Shown one piece after another: positions 39,187 to 52,673 of a stretch of 64,000 bases of DNA. The position numbers and the translations under genes were made by a program. Origin of the DNA: Squalus acanthias (taxonomy: Eukaryota); contig CM059438.1 in the NCBI GenBank assembly GCA_030390025.1, positions 58,158,001 to 58,222,000 of the forward strand. The letters run 5' to 3'. The notes beneath the pieces are model-generated. The model did not search any database, was not told the DNA's origin, and worked only from the letters and a program-made list of their open reading frames with translations. The stretch's first letter is position 1. Every line of letters starts with the position of its first letter.

Positions 39187-41946
39187 TGCAATAATCGTGG
39201 GGGACTTTAATCTTCATAGAAACTGGTTTTTGGTGGTGTGGTGCTGATGTTACTTGTTTCATCAATAACCTGGACAAATGATCTGGAAAGCAAGAGTTCA
39301 AATACCACCTTGGGCTCTTGTGATACCCAAAGAGTGGTGAGAATGTGGAACTCGCTACCACAGGGAGTGGTTGAAGCGAAAAGTATAGATGCATTTAAGG
39401 GGAGGCTGGACAAGTTTATGAGGCAGAAGGGAATAGAGGGCTATGCTGATAGATTTAGATGAGGAAAGATGGGAGGAGGCTCGAGTGGAGCATATACACC
39501 AGCATGGACTGGTTGGGTCGAATGGCCTGGTATTGTGCCGTATATCCTGTGTAATCCTATGTAATGTAGCCTGGGCAAATCAAATTGGCAAAGGTAATCT
39601 GGAGGACGAGATCATGGAATGCATTTGAGACCATTTCCTGGAACAATATGTCATGGAACAGGTTATTTTAGATCTTGTATTTTGTAATGAGACAGGGTTC
39701 ATCAGTAATCTCATAGCAAAGGATCCTCTGGGGAAGAGTGATCATAATATGATAGAATTTCACGTTGAGTTTGAGAGTGACATAATTAAGTTTGAAACTA
39801 GAGTGTTAGACTTAAATAAAGCCAATTACATAGGTAGGAGGGGCAAGTTACTTAAGGTAGATTGGGAAATTAGATTAAAAGGTATGATGGTAGATAAGCA
39901 GTGGCAAACATTTAAAAAAAATCAAAAATTCTCAACGACTATACATTCCATTGAGAAATAAAAACTCCATGGAAAACGTGATCCATCCATGGCTAACTAA
40001 AAAGTTAGGCATAGTATTAGATTAAAAGAAGAGGCTTATAATGTTGTGAAGAAGAAAAGTAAGCCTGAGGATTGGGAGAGCTTCAGAAACCAGCAAAGGA
40101 TGACCAAAACATTGATAAAAAGGGAGAAAATAGAATGAGAGTAAACTAGCAAGAAATATAAAAACAGGTTGTAAGAGCTCCTATAAGTATGTAAAAAGGA
40201 AGAGAGTAGCAAGAATAAGCATTGGTCCCTTAGAGGCAGAGACAGGAGAAATTATAATGGGGAATAAGAAAATGGTACAGACTTTAAACAAATGTTTTGT
40301 ATCTGTCTTCACAGTAGAAAACACAAAAGGCATACCAAAAATAGTGGAGAACCAAGGTCCTAAAAGCTGGCAAATCCCCTGAACTGGTGGCCTACATCCA
40401 AGGGTTCTAAAAGAGGTGGCTGCAGAGATAGTGGATGCATTGGTTTTGATCTTCCAAAGTTCTCTTGATTCTAGAACAGTCCCAGCGGACTGGAAGGTAG
40501 CAAATGTAACCCCGCTATTCAAGAAAGGAGGGAGAGGGAAAACAGGGAACTACAGGTCAGTTAGCCTGACATCAGTCATCGGGAAAATGTGGAATCCATT
40601 ATTAAGGAAGTGGTAACGGGGCACTTAAAAAATCATAATATGATTAGACAGAGTCAACATGGTTTTGTGAAAGGGAAATCGTGTTTAACAAATTTATTAG
40701 AGTTTTTGAGGATGTAACTTGTCGGGTAGATAAAGGGGAACCAGTAGATGTAGTATATTTGGATTCCCAAAAGGCATTCAATAAGGTGCCACATAAAAGG
40801 TAGTTACGCAAGATAAGAGCTCATGGGGTTGGGGGTAATATATTAGCATGGATAGGGATTGGTTAACGGACAGAAAACAGAGGGTAGGGATAAACGGGTC
40901 ATTTTCAGGTTGGCAGGCTATAACTTATGGGGCGCCGCAAGGATCAGTGCTTGGGCCTCAGCCATTTACAATCTATATTTATGACTTCGATGAAGGGGCT
41001 GAGTGTAATGTATCCAGGTTTGCTGACGATACAAAGCTAGGTTGGAAAGTAAGCAGTGAGGAGGACACAAAGAGCCGGCAAAGGGATATAGACAGGTTAA
41101 GTGAGTGGGTAATAAGGTGGCAGTTGGAGTATAATGTGGGGAAATGTGAGGTGATTCACTTTGGTAGGAAGAATAGAAAAACAGAACATTTTTTAAATGG
41201 TGAGAAACTATTAAATGTTGGCGTTCAAAGAGATTTGGGTGGCCTCGTACAGGAAACACGGAGAGTTAGCATGCAGGTGCAGCAAGCAATTAGGAAGGCA
41301 AATGGTATGTTGGCCTTTAATGCAAGGGGGTTGGAGTGCAATTGTAAGGAAGTCTTGCTACAATTGTACAGGGCTTTGGTGAGACCACACCTGGAGTGCA
41401 GTACACAGTTTTGGTTTCCTTATCTGAGGAAGGATATACTTGCTTTAGAGGAGGTGCAACAAAGGTTCACTAGGTTGATTCCTGGGATGAGAGGGTTGTC
41501 CTATGAGGAGAGTTTGAGTAGATTGGGTCTATACTCTCTGGAGTTTAGAAGAATGAGAGGTGATCTCATTTAAACACATAAAATTCTGAGGGGGATTGAC
41601 AGGGTAGATGCTGAGAGGTTGTTTCCCCTGGCTGGAGAGTCTAGAATTGGGGGCATAGTCTCAGGATAAGGGTTCGGCCATTTAAGACTGAGATGAGGAG
41701 GAATTTCTTCACTCAGAGGGTTGCGAATCTTTGGAATTCTCTGCCCCAGAGGGCTGTGAATGCTGAATCGTTGAGTATATTCAAGGCTGGCACAGATAGA
41801 TTTTTGGACTCATGGGGAATCAGGGGATATGGAAATAGGGCAGGAAAGTGGAGTTGAGGTCGATGATCAGCCATGACCTTATTGAATGGCGGAGCAGGCT
41901 CAAAGGGCCATATGGCCTACTCCTGCTCCTATATGTTATGTTCTTA
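39187..41946 (+). mobile_element. 5'-truncated CR1 LINE (APE end + RT), with an insert at ~39221-39565
   Basis: LDLVFCN..SDHN, PADWKVANVTPLFKKG, PQGSVLGP, FADDTKL. Confidence 0.95.
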
Positions 41947-44397
41947 TTTTTTTTATTCGTTCATGGGACGTGGGCGTCGCTGGCAAGGCTAGCATTTATT
42001 GCCCATTCCTAATTACCCGTGAGAAGTTGCTGGTGAGCCACCTTCTTGAACCGCTGCAGTCCGTGTGGTGAAGGTACTCCCATAGTACTGTTAGGGAGGG
42101 AGTTCCAGGAATTTGACCCAGCGACGATGAAGGATCGGCGATATATTTCCAAGTCAGGATGGTGTGTGAATTGGAGGGCAACTTGGAGGTGATAGTGTTC
42201 CCATGCGCCTGCTGCCCTTGTCCTTCTAGGTGGTAGAGGTCGCGGGTTTGAGAGGTGCTGTCGAAGAGGTCTTGGCGAGTTGCTGCAGTGCATCTTGCAG
42301 ATGATATACACTGCAGCCAAGGTACGCCGGTGGTGGAGGGAGTGAATGTTTAAGGTGGTGGATGGGGTGCCAATAAAGTGGGCTGCTTTGTCTGGATGGT
42401 GTCGAGCTTCTTGAGTGTCATTGGAGCTGCACTCATCCAGGCAAGTGGAGAGTATTCCATCACACTCCTGACTTGTGCCTTGTAGATGGTGGAAAGGCTT
42501 TGAGGAGTCAGGAGGTGAGACACTCACCGCAGAATACCCAGCCTCTGACCTGCTCTTGTTGCCACAGTATTTATATGGCTGGTCCAGTTAAGTTTCTGGT
42601 CAGTGGTGACCCCCAGGATGTTGATGGTGGTGGATTTGGCGATGGTAATGCCTTTGAATGTCAAAGGGCGGTGGTTAGACTCTCTCTCTTGTTGGAGATA
42701 GTCATTGCCTGGCACTTGTGTGGTTCGAGTGTTACTTGCCACTTATCAGCCCAAGCCTGAATGTTGTCCAGGTCTTGCTGCATGCAGGCACGGACTGCTT
42801 CATTATCTGAGGAGTTGCGAATGGAACTGAACACTGTGCAATCATCAGCGAACCGCCTCACTTCTGACCTTATGATGGAGGGAAGGTCATTGATGAAGCA
42901 GCTGAAGATGGTTGGGCCTAGGACACTGCCCTGAGGAACTCCTGCAGCGATGTCCTGGGGCTGTGATGATTGACCTCCAACAACTACAACCATCTTCCTT
43001 TGTGCTAGGTATGACTCCAGCCAGTGGAGCGTTTTCCCCCTGATTCCCATTGACTTCAGTTTTACTAGGGCTCCTTGATGCCACACTCGGTCAAATGCTG
43101 CCTTGCTGTCAAGGGCAGTCATTCTCACCTCACCTCTGGAATTCACCTCTTTTGTCCATATTTGGACCAAGGCTCTATTGAGGTCGGGAGCCAAGTGGTC
43201 TTGGCGGAACCCAAACTGAGCATCGGTGAGCAGGTTATTGGTGAGTAAGTGCTGCTTGATTGCACTGTCGATGACACCTTCCATCACTTTGCTGATGATT
43301 GAGAGTTGACTGATGGGGCGGTAATTGGCCGGATTGGCTTTGTCCTGCTTGTTATGGACAGGACATACCTGGGCAGTTTTCCACATTGTTGGATAGATGG
43401 CAGTGTTGTAACTGTATTGGAACAGCTTGGCTAGCGGTGCGGCTAGTTCTGGAGCACAAGTCTTCAGCACGCTAGCCGGGATGTTGTCGGAGCCCATAGC
43501 CTTTGCTGTATTCCAGTACGCTCAGCAGTTTCTTGATATCACGAGGAGTGAATCGAATTGGCTGAAGACTGGCTCCTGTGATGGTGGGGACCTCAGGAGT
43601 AGGCTGATATGGATCATCCACTTGGCACTTTTAGCTGAAGATTGTTTCAAATGCTTCAGTCTTGTCTTTTGCACTCATGTGCTGGGCTCCACCATCATTG
43701 AGGATGGGGATGTTCATGGAGCCTCCTCCTCCTGTTAGTTGTTTAATGGTCCACCACCATTCACGACTGGATGTGGAAGGACTGCAGAGCTTAGATCTGA
43801 TCCGTTGATTGTGGGATCGCTTAGCCCTGTCTATAGCATGCTGCTTCCGCTTTTTAGCATGCATGTAGTCCTGTACTGCAGCTTCCCCAGATGGCACCGC
43901 ATTTTTGGATACACCTGGTGCTGCTCCTGGCATGATCTTCTACACTCTTCATTGAACCAGGGTTGGTCCCCTGGCTTGCTGGTAATTGTAGAGTGAGGGA
44001 TATACCAGGCCATGAGGTTACAGATTGTGGTAGAATAGAATTCTGCTGCTGCTGATGGCCCACAGCGCCTGATGAATGCCCAGTTTTGAGCTGCTAGATC
44101 TGTTCTGAATCTATCCCATTTAGCACGGTGGTAGTGCCACACAACACGATGGAGGGTGTCCTCAATGTGAAGATGGGACTTTGTATCCACAAGGACTGTA
44201 CCATGGTCACTGCTACCAATACTGTCATGGACAGATACATCTGTGACAGATAGATTGGTGAGGACGAGGTCAAGTAGGTTTTTCCCTCCTGTTGGTCCTC
44301 TCACCACCTGTCGCAGGCCCAGTCTGGCAGTTATGTCCTACAGGACTCGGCCAGCTCGGTCAGTGGTAGTGCTACCTAGACACTCTTGGTGATGGAT
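41947..44397 (-). mobile_element. CR1/L2-group non-LTR retrotransposon (EN-RT, decayed)
   Basis: NLLDLVLTN..SDH, ANYRPIS, QFGFR, AAFDRVWH, GVPQGSVLGP, FADDCTV. Confidence 0.9.
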
Positions 44398-45588
44398 GGG
44401 TCAAGTATGGCTGTGTCATTGCACCAACACTCTTCTCGATCTTCCTGGCTGCAATGCTTCATCTCATCCTCAGTAAGGTCCCCGTTGGAGTGGAGCTAAT
44501 CTACAGAACAAACGGGGAACTGTTCAACCTCCGTCGCCTCCAGTCCAGATCCAAGGTCGTCCCATCCTCTGCCATTGAACTACAGTAAGCAGACAACGCT
44601 TGTGTCTGCGCACACTCTGAGGTTGAACTCCAAACCATCATCAACACCTTCACTGAAGCGTACGAGAGCATGGACCTTACACTAAACATTCGTAAGACAA
44701 AGGTCCTCTACCAACCTGCCCCCGCCACACAGTACTGCTCCCCGATTATCAAAATCCATGACGAGGCCTTGGACAACGTGGACCACTTTCCATACCTCGG
44801 GAGCCTACTGTCAACAAGGGCAGACGTCGATGACGAAGTCCAACACTGCCTTCAGTATGCCAGTGCAGCCTTCGGTCGCCTGAGGAAGAGAGTGTTTGAA
44901 GACCAGGTCCTCAAACCCAGCACCAAGCTCATGGTCTACAGAGCAGTAGTGATACCCGCCCTCCTGTATACTTCATAGACATGGACCATCTACAGCAGGC
45001 ACCTCAAAGCACTGGAGAGGTACCACCAATGCTGCATCCGCAAGATCCTACAAATCCATTGGCAGGATAGGCGCACCAACGTCAGTGTTCTTGCTCAGGC
45101 CAACATCCCCAGCATCGAAGCTTTGACCACGCTCGATCAGCTCCGATGGATGAGCCACATCGTCCGCATGCCCGATACGAGACTCCCAAAGCAAGCGCTC
45201 TACTCGGAGCTCCGACACGACAAGAGAGCCCCAGGTGGGCAGAGGAAATGCTTCAAGGACACCCTCAAAGCCTCCTTGAAAAACTGCAACATCCACACCG
45301 ACACCTGGGAATCCCTGGCCCAAGACTGCACAAAGTGGAGGAGAAGCATCCGGGAGGCACCGAACTCCTCGAGTCTCTTCGCCGGGAGCAAGTGGAAGCC
45401 AAGCGCAAACAGCGGAAGGAGCGCACGTCAACCCAAGAACCCCACCCACCCGCCCCTTCAACCACCGTCTGCCCCACCTGTGACAGAGACTGCAGGTCCC
45501 GCATTGGACTCATCAGTCACCTAAGTACTCATTTTTAGTGTGGAAGCAAGTCATCCTCGGTTCCGAGGGACTGCCTAAGAAGTAGAAG
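44398..45588 (+). mobile_element. 5'-truncated RTE-clade LINE
   Basis: VDHFPYLGSLLS, AAFGRLRKRVF, QLRWMSHIVRMPDTRLPKQALYSEL, C-terminal CPTCDRDCRSRIGLISH; aag-repeat tail. Confidence 0.92.
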
Positions 45589-45897
45589 GCCATTTCAGAG
45601 GGAAGTTAAGAGTCAACCACATTGCTGTGGGTCTGGAGTCATAGGCCAGACCGGGTAAGGACTGCAGATTTCCTTCCCTAATGGTCTTTAGTGAACCAGA
45701 TGGGTTTTTACGTCAGTTTTTTATTTCAGATTTATTTAATTAACTGAATTTAAATTCCCCAGCTGCCGTGGTGGGATTTGAACTCACGTCTCCGGATCAT
45801 TAATACGATAGCAAAATACTGCTGGAAATCTGAAATAACAACAGAAAACGCTGGAAAAACTCAGCAGGCCAGACAACATCCGTGGAGAGAGAAAGAG

Positions 45898-45934
45898 AGT
45901 TAACGTTTCAGGTCGATGACCTTTCGTCAGAACT
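45898..45934 (-). ncRNA. Minimal hammerhead, inverted copy (sense to grin1 pre-mRNA)
   Basis: Reverse complement of 49353-49389. Confidence 0.8.
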
Positions 45935-46672
45935 GGAAAGAGCCGGAAATCAAATAGATTTAAGGCCAAGATAAAGCTGGGAAAAGGGGGAGGGGATAAA
46001 GGAACAAAAGGGGAGATAAAGAGACATTAAGAGATATGCAAGGCAAGAGGTGGTGTTGATGTGACAGGTTAAGGCTGAAAGAAGTGTGAAATCCACTGGC
46101 AGAATGAAGGACAGCTGCCAGCTTCTAGGAGAAAAAAAAGTGGGCGGGGGGGGGGGGCCAAATAAAAGGGTGGATGAAAAAATAAAATATAAATGTGATT
46201 GGAGCTAAGGTTATGATCTAAAATTGTTGAACTCGATATTGAGTCCAGAGGGCTGTAGCGTGCCTAAACGAAAGATGAGGTGCTGTTCCTCGAGCTTACG
46301 CTGCGCTTCCGTGGAACAGTGTAATAGGCCGAGGACGGTGAGGTCAGAGTGGGAGTGAAGCGGTGAATTAAAGTGACAGGCGACCGGGAGCTCGGGGTCC
46401 CCCTTACGGACTGAACGGAGGTGTTCCGCAAAGCGGTCACCCAATCTGCGTTTGGTCTCCCCAATGTAGAGGAGACCACATCGGGAGCAGCGAATACAGT
46501 ATACTAAATTGCAGGAAGTACAAGTAAATCGCAGTTTCACCTGGAAGGGGTGTTTGGGGCCCTGGACAGTGGGAAGAGGGGAGGTATAAGGGCATGTGTT
46601 GCATCTCCTGCGCGTGCACGGGAAGGTGCCGGGCGAAGGGGAAGGGGTGCTGGGGGTGGTAGAGGAGTGGAC

Positions 46673-49075
46673 CACCGACGCACTCTATCTCAAAGCTGTC
46701 CGGGTCCACATTTCCATTTCATCCTTAGACTCATCCGACGCTTCAACAAAAAACTTTTCTTCTTCCTTTCCGATGTCAAGGATCGCAAGCTTCAACAACT
46801 CTTGGACACTAACGCCCCTCCGGAACCTTCTTCCCCTTCACTTTCCTCTGACCCCCCTTCTCCCAATCTCACCCTCTGCCGCGTTTTCACTATCCCCTCT
46901 GACCTTCCCCTCTCTGACTCCGAACGATCAGTCCTCAGCAAAGGCCTGAGCTTCATCCCATTATGCCCCCATCTCAATGAATTTCGAGCTCGGCACGATG
47001 CTGAGCTCTTTTTCCGTCGCCTCCGTCTCCGTGCCCACTTCTCTGGCCAGGTGTCTTCCCCCCGCACGGCTGACCCTTTCTCCCGCTTTCAGAATTCTCG
47101 TTCCACCTGGACCCCTCCCTCTGGCCTCTTACCCTCTCTAGATCTTTTCATTGCTAACTGCCGCCGTGACATCGGCCAGCTCAATTTCTCTGCTCCCCTC
47201 ACTCACTCCAACCTACCTCCCTCTGAACTTGCAGCACTCCATTCTCTCCGATCCAACCCTGACATTGTCATTAAACCTGCTGACAGGGGTGGTGCTGTTG
47301 TTGTTTGGCGAACCGACCTCTACCTAGCGGATGTTGAACGCCAACTCTCCGACACCTCCTCCTACCTCCACCTGGACCATGACCCCACTACCGAACATCA
47401 AGCCACCGTGTCCAAGACTGTCACTCACCTCATCTCCTCTGGAGATCTTCCCCCCACGGCCGCCAACCTCATAGTTCCCCAACCCCGCACAGCCCGCTTC
47501 TACCTCCTTCCCAAGATCCACAAACAGGACTGCCCCGGTAGACCCATCGTTTCAGCCTGTTCTTGCCCCACGGAACTTATCTCTTCCTATCTCGACTCTA
47601 TTTTTTCTCCCCTTGTCCAGTCTCTTCCCACCTACATCCACGACTCTTCCGACGCCCTCCGCCATTTTAACAGTTTCCAGTTTCCTGGCCCCAACCGTCT
47701 CCTCTTCACTATGGACGTACAATCCCTCTACACCTCCATTCCCCACCAGGAAGGCCTGAGGGCGCTCCGCTTCTTCCTTGAACAGAGGCCCAACCAGTCC
47801 CCATCCACTACCACCCTCCTCCGCCTGGCTGAACTTGTTCTCACATTGAACAACTTCTCCTTTGACTCTACCCATTTCCTCCAAATTAAAGGTGTTGCTA
47901 TGGGTACCCGCATGGGTCCTAGCTATGCCTGCCTTTTCGTGGGATATGTGGAATACTCTTTGTTCCAGTCCTACTCAGGTCCCCTCCCTCACCTCTTTTT
48001 CCGGTACATTGATGACTGTATCGGTGCCGTCTCCTGCTCTCGCCCTGAACTAGAACATTTCATTCACTATGCTTCCAATTTCCACCCTTCCCTCACCTTC
48101 ACATGGTCCATCTCCGACTCTTCCCTTCCCTTCCTCGACTTCTCCATCTCCATCTCTGGGGATAGGTTATTGACTAACATTCACTACAAGCCCACTGACT
48201 CCCACAGCCACCTGGACTACACTTCCTCCCACCCCGCCTCCTGTAAGGACTCTATTCCATTCTCCCAGTTTCTCCGTCTCCGCCGCATCTGCGCTGATGA
48301 TGCCACCTTCCATACCAGTGCTTCCGACATGTCTTCCTTTTTCCTCAACAGAGGATTCCCCTCTACCGTGGTTGACACGGCCCTCGACCGTGTCCGTTCT
48401 ATCTCCCGCACTTCTGCCCTCACCCCTGCCCCTCCCTCCCGGAACCACGATAGGGTTCCCCTTGTCCTCACCTTTCACCCCACCAGCCTCCACATTCAAC
48501 GAATCATCCTCCGCCATTTCCGCCACCTCCAGCGTGATCCCACCACCAAACACATCTTCCCCTCACCTCCCCTTTCAGCATTCCGCAGGGACCGCTCCCT
48601 CCGCGACACCCTAGTCCACTCCTCTACCACCCCCAGCACCCCTTCCCCTTCGCCCGGCACCTTCCCGTGCACGCGCAGGAGATGCAACACATGCCCTTAT
48701 ACCTCCCCTCTTCCCACTGTCCAGGGCCCCAAACACCCCTTCCAGGTGAAACTGTGATTTACTTGTACTTCCTGCAATTTAGTATACCGTATTCGCTGCT
48801 CCCGATGTGGTCTCCTCTACATTGGGGAGACCAAACGCAGATTGGGTGACCGCTTTGCGGAACACCTCCGTTCAGTCCGTAAGGGGGACCCCGAGCTCCC
48901 GGTCGCCTGTCACTTTAATTCACCGCTTCACTCCCACTCTGACCTCACCGTCCTCGGCCTATTACACTGTTCCACGGAAGCGCAGCGTAAGCTCGAGGAA
49001 CAGCACCTCATCTTTCGTTTAGGCACGCTACAGCCCTCTGGACTCAATATCGAGTTCAACAATTTTAGATCATAA
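46673..49075 (+). pseudogene. Penelope RT/GIY-YIG ORF, 5'-truncated, with a single internal TGA at 48755-48757
   Basis: ORF track 46550-48757 continues in frame to IEFNNFRS* at 49075. Confidence 0.9.
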
Positions 49076-49352
49076 CCTTAGCTCCAATCACATTTATATT
49101 TTATTTTTTCATCCACCCTTTTATTTGGCCCCCCCCCCCCCGCCCACTTTTTTTTCTCCTAGAAGCTGGCAGCTGTCCTTCATTCTGCCAGTGGATTTCA
49201 CACTTCTTTCAGCCTTAACCTGTCACATCAACACCACCTCTTGCCTTGCATATCTCTTAATGTCTCTTTATCTCCCCTTTTGTTCCTTTATCCCCTCCCC
49301 CTTTTCCCAGCTTTATCTTGGCCTTAAATCTATTTGATTTCCGGCTCTTTCC

Positions 49353-49389
49353 AGTTCTGACGAAAGGTCATCGACCTGAAACGTTAACT
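49353..49389 (+). ncRNA. Minimal type I hammerhead ribozyme in the Penelope pLTR
   Basis: agtt-CTGACGA-a-aggtc(atc)gacct-GAAA-cg-TT-aact; palindromic AACGTT helix III. Confidence 0.8.
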
Positions 49390-52300
49390 CTCTTTCTCTC
49401 TCCACGGATGTTGTCTGGCCTGCTGAGTTTTTCCAGCGTTTTCTGTTGTTTCTCTGGATCATTAGTCCAGTCCTCTGGATTACTGGCCCAGTAACAGAAC
49501 CTCTATGCTCCCGTACCCATAAGTCGAGTCTTAAACTCGACACATACCTCACATTCATAGCTTCTCCTCACCCGCACGCACTTACCACTGCTGCAAGTCT
49601 CGCACCCACATTTCACAGCTTGAACAGACTGTCAGTTATTCAACTATGAGAAGCACATCACCTAAATACATTTCACCACATTCACTGACATACTTCTCTT
49701 TCCCTTGCAGGAAAAGATGGTGCATAACCACAGGGAGCAGAGCTTAACCAGCGTGCGACAGGCTCACCTGCATCAACTCACCCTTTTGGTAGCCGTTCTT
49801 GGCAGGGGCATGGTTGAGCCCGTGGCCAGCGGCAGGGCTGAAGGAATTCAAGAAACCGGTATCCTCATACGTTATCCTCCTTCTCACATCCCACTTTCCC
49901 CTCATCCCACATTCTCTTCTGATTTACAATCTGCACATGGTGTAAACATGCATCTCTTGCTTTCCCCCCTCTCCTCACCACAACCCAAACTTGTGCCTTT
50001 CTCATTTCAGACACCCAAGAAATGCAGCCTGCCCAGCCAATGGTCAAGGAACAAGAGGGAGAGGAAGGTGAAGAAGAAGTAACACCGTCACTCGCTTTCA
50101 CACTCCCAGCCACCAGCTCAGATATTGACACTCCACGTACTTTAGAGGATAGGTTAGACGTGGGATCTGCACGTGGCCTGCAGCAAGAGCAGGGGGAAAG
50201 GGTAGCTCAGGTGCCAGCTCCCCGGAGGGCGAGGTTGCTCACAAGTTCTGCTGCACAGGACTCAGATGGAGACCTCAATGGGGCAGCCTACAGAAGAACA
50301 ATGATGGGTATGCACAATGAAATTCTTGGTGCATTAGCAGCCCTGACAGAAAGTCTGACTGCAATGTCAAGGAGCACGGAGGATCACAGCACCAATGTTG
50401 CACAGGGCTCTGCGCAGAGCTTGGAGCCCATCCTTTCCAGCGTGGAAGGGCTGGGTAGATCCATTAACGCACTTGTGAACCCAACCATCATGCAGCGTCT
50501 GATGGCCGAAGTCTCAGCTTCCATTGCAGCACAAGCACAAGCCACCCAACATCTGGGTGCTGCAGTGGGAGCTCAGACTGAAGTCACACAAGCACAGACT
50601 GCTCTCATGCAGGCTCAGCTTTCTGCCACGCAAGCACAGACTGCTGCCATCGTGGCTGCGGTTACCAGTGTGGAAAGGGGCTTGCAGGGTGTCACAGCAC
50701 TCCAGCAATCTGTCCTCCAACAGATTACTAGGATTGCTGAGGCGCCGCTCCGGGGGAGTGGCAGTGGCTTTGTGAAGCATGAACCTGCTCTCCTCTCTCA
50801 GGATGACAGCATTCCTGCTCCCACCCCTGCCACTCCGCCAGTTCCCTTGCTGCTGCCTGTGAGCCAGCCAGCTCAGACTGCTGCCGCCCATGCCGAGGTG
50901 GTGCTGTCCAAAGCTGGGCCTACTAGGCCCAGAGCTGCTCGAGGTCGTCCTGCAAGGCCATCTGCAGTCTCCCCCACTGAAAGTCAGCAGCCTTCCACCA
51001 GCCATGCTGCAGCCACTGGGGAAACACTGCAACAGAGCGCTAGGACAGGCAAAGACACACAAAAGACAGTCACTAAGGGAATGCATAAGGGTGATTAGTT
51101 TCATTTTTTCTAAATGTTGGATGGATATATGGATAACATTTAATTGGAAAGTTTGCTTTGTGGTGGCTTTTATTTCAGCATTGTGGCCACGATGACACTG
51201 TGATGATCAGTAACAGAGGGAAGGTAAGGTGTTGGACTAATGTTGAATGGGAAAAAGAGGTCGCGTTCAATCGTACAGCAGGAGGCTGATTCAATCCCAG
51301 ATATCCTGGCTAGAAAGGGGCCATCTGGGTTGCCTCCTTCCTTCCGCTTCCTCCTCTTCTGGCTCCTCCTCCTCCTGAGCTGGTGGCAGGGCTGTGTCCT
51401 CATGATGGCTAGGTTGTGGAGGATACAGTAGACCACCACGAATCGGGACACCCGCTCCGGTGAGTACTGTAGGGTTCCTCCAGTGCAGTCCAAGCAGCGG
51501 AAACATTGCTTAAGGATGACAATGATCTGCTCTATGATGTTTTGTGTGGCAGCATGGCTCTCGTTGTAAGCATGTTGCCCACGTGTGGTTGAGTTGCAGA
51601 GCGGAGTCATGATCCAGGTGGTCAAGGGATAGCCCTTGTCATCCAGTAGCCACCCTCCAGTTTGCCTTGGTGGCTCAAAGACAGAGGGAGCAGCGGACTG
51701 GCACAAAATAAAAGCACCCTGGCTGCTGCTGGGATACCGGGCATTCACCATCATGATGTGCTGAGCATGGTCACACACCAACTGCACATTCAGCGAGTGG
51801 TAACCTTTGCAGTTGTGGTACATCTCAGCATTTATATACAGTGCCCGCAAAGTCCCCTTCACAGTCACTGGCAGTGCTGTCCTTGCCCTGGCGTGAGGCT
51901 GCAGGTCTGGTTACAAGAGGGGGCAGAGTTCTGTGAGCACCTCCTTTGTAAATCGCAGACACCTCAGACACTGCTCCTGGCTCAGGCTGAGGTAAAAGAA
52001 TTGCTCTCGGAAAACCCTAGGTGGGTAAAGTCTCCTGCTGAGAGCCCTTCTCCCCCTCCTCCTCCTCCCTCTGCGAGCAACTTGTCCTCTGCTTCACTCC
52101 CTCTGCTCCATCTCCCTGTCTTGCTGCAGGCCAAGGGGGATGACAACAAGAGCACCCATTACTGGAGCAAGTGGTCGGACTAGAACCCTTGAATTCAGAA
52201 GCAGGACCTTCTCCACTTGCAGCACCACTCCCGGTCACCTCACCAACTTTAAACAACTCTAGAAAGCTCCAAACACTTCCACAAACTAACACAGAGCCAG

Positions 52301-52673
52301 TAGAAATCAAAAAGCAAGTTACGTGAAAGTTGGTGATGATCCCTTTAAATATTGCTGGTGGGGGGTCCTTCCTGCTGCTGAACACATGTTCAGCTGTGTG
52401 AGGTTAGGAGAGGGCGTTAGCTCCAGCGATGATGACGAAAATGGCAGGGCTGGCGTCAAATCAGCGTTGCACGCTGATTGACGTCGCGATCTGCCTACTT
52501 ACCATACTTCTAGTGCACGCTCCTAATGGCCGCCTTACTACCCTCACCAAGATGGCGTCCGGCGCGGCCCACACCAGAAGTGTGCGACTGCTGCTCGGAA
52601 GCCATTTTGGTCCGAATTCGACACCTGTAGCACCCGAACAAAGGGCGCTACAGAACCGAATTTCTAGGCCACG

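Larger units (their letters stand above)
45803..49450 (+). mobile_element. Penelope-like retroelement (RT + GIY-YIG), 5'-truncated with an ~837-bp inverted 5' arm; 14-bp TSD
   Basis: IKPADRGG, LPKIHK, MDVQSLYTSI, GVAMG, RYIDD, LYIGETKR; TSD tctccggatcatta (45789-45802) / tctctggatcatta (49451-49464). Confidence 0.96.
45589..49518 (-). mobile_element. tRNA-headed element (SINE or LINE 5' end) split by the Penelope insertion (own parts 45589-45802 and 49451-49518)
   Basis: Rejoined minus strand gggtacgggagcatagagg...gagttcaaatccc has A- and B-box-like motifs. Confidence 0.8.
38572..52670. mobile_element. PIF/Harbinger transposon expanded to 14.1 kb by nested retroelements; SANT exon ~38880-39095, last accessory exon ORF 50022-51098 (+), internally deleted transposase ~51170-52160 (-)
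   Basis: TIRs ggcctagtaattcg / cgaatttctaggcc; sequence either side of 39187-49520 is collinear with the 21272-25452 copy. Confidence 0.9.

Noticed and set aside
50022..51098. 358-aa ORF as an independent host gene
   Set aside because: Last exon of the Harbinger accessory gene; its upstream intron carries 10 kb of insertions and decayed homologues occur elsewhere in the window
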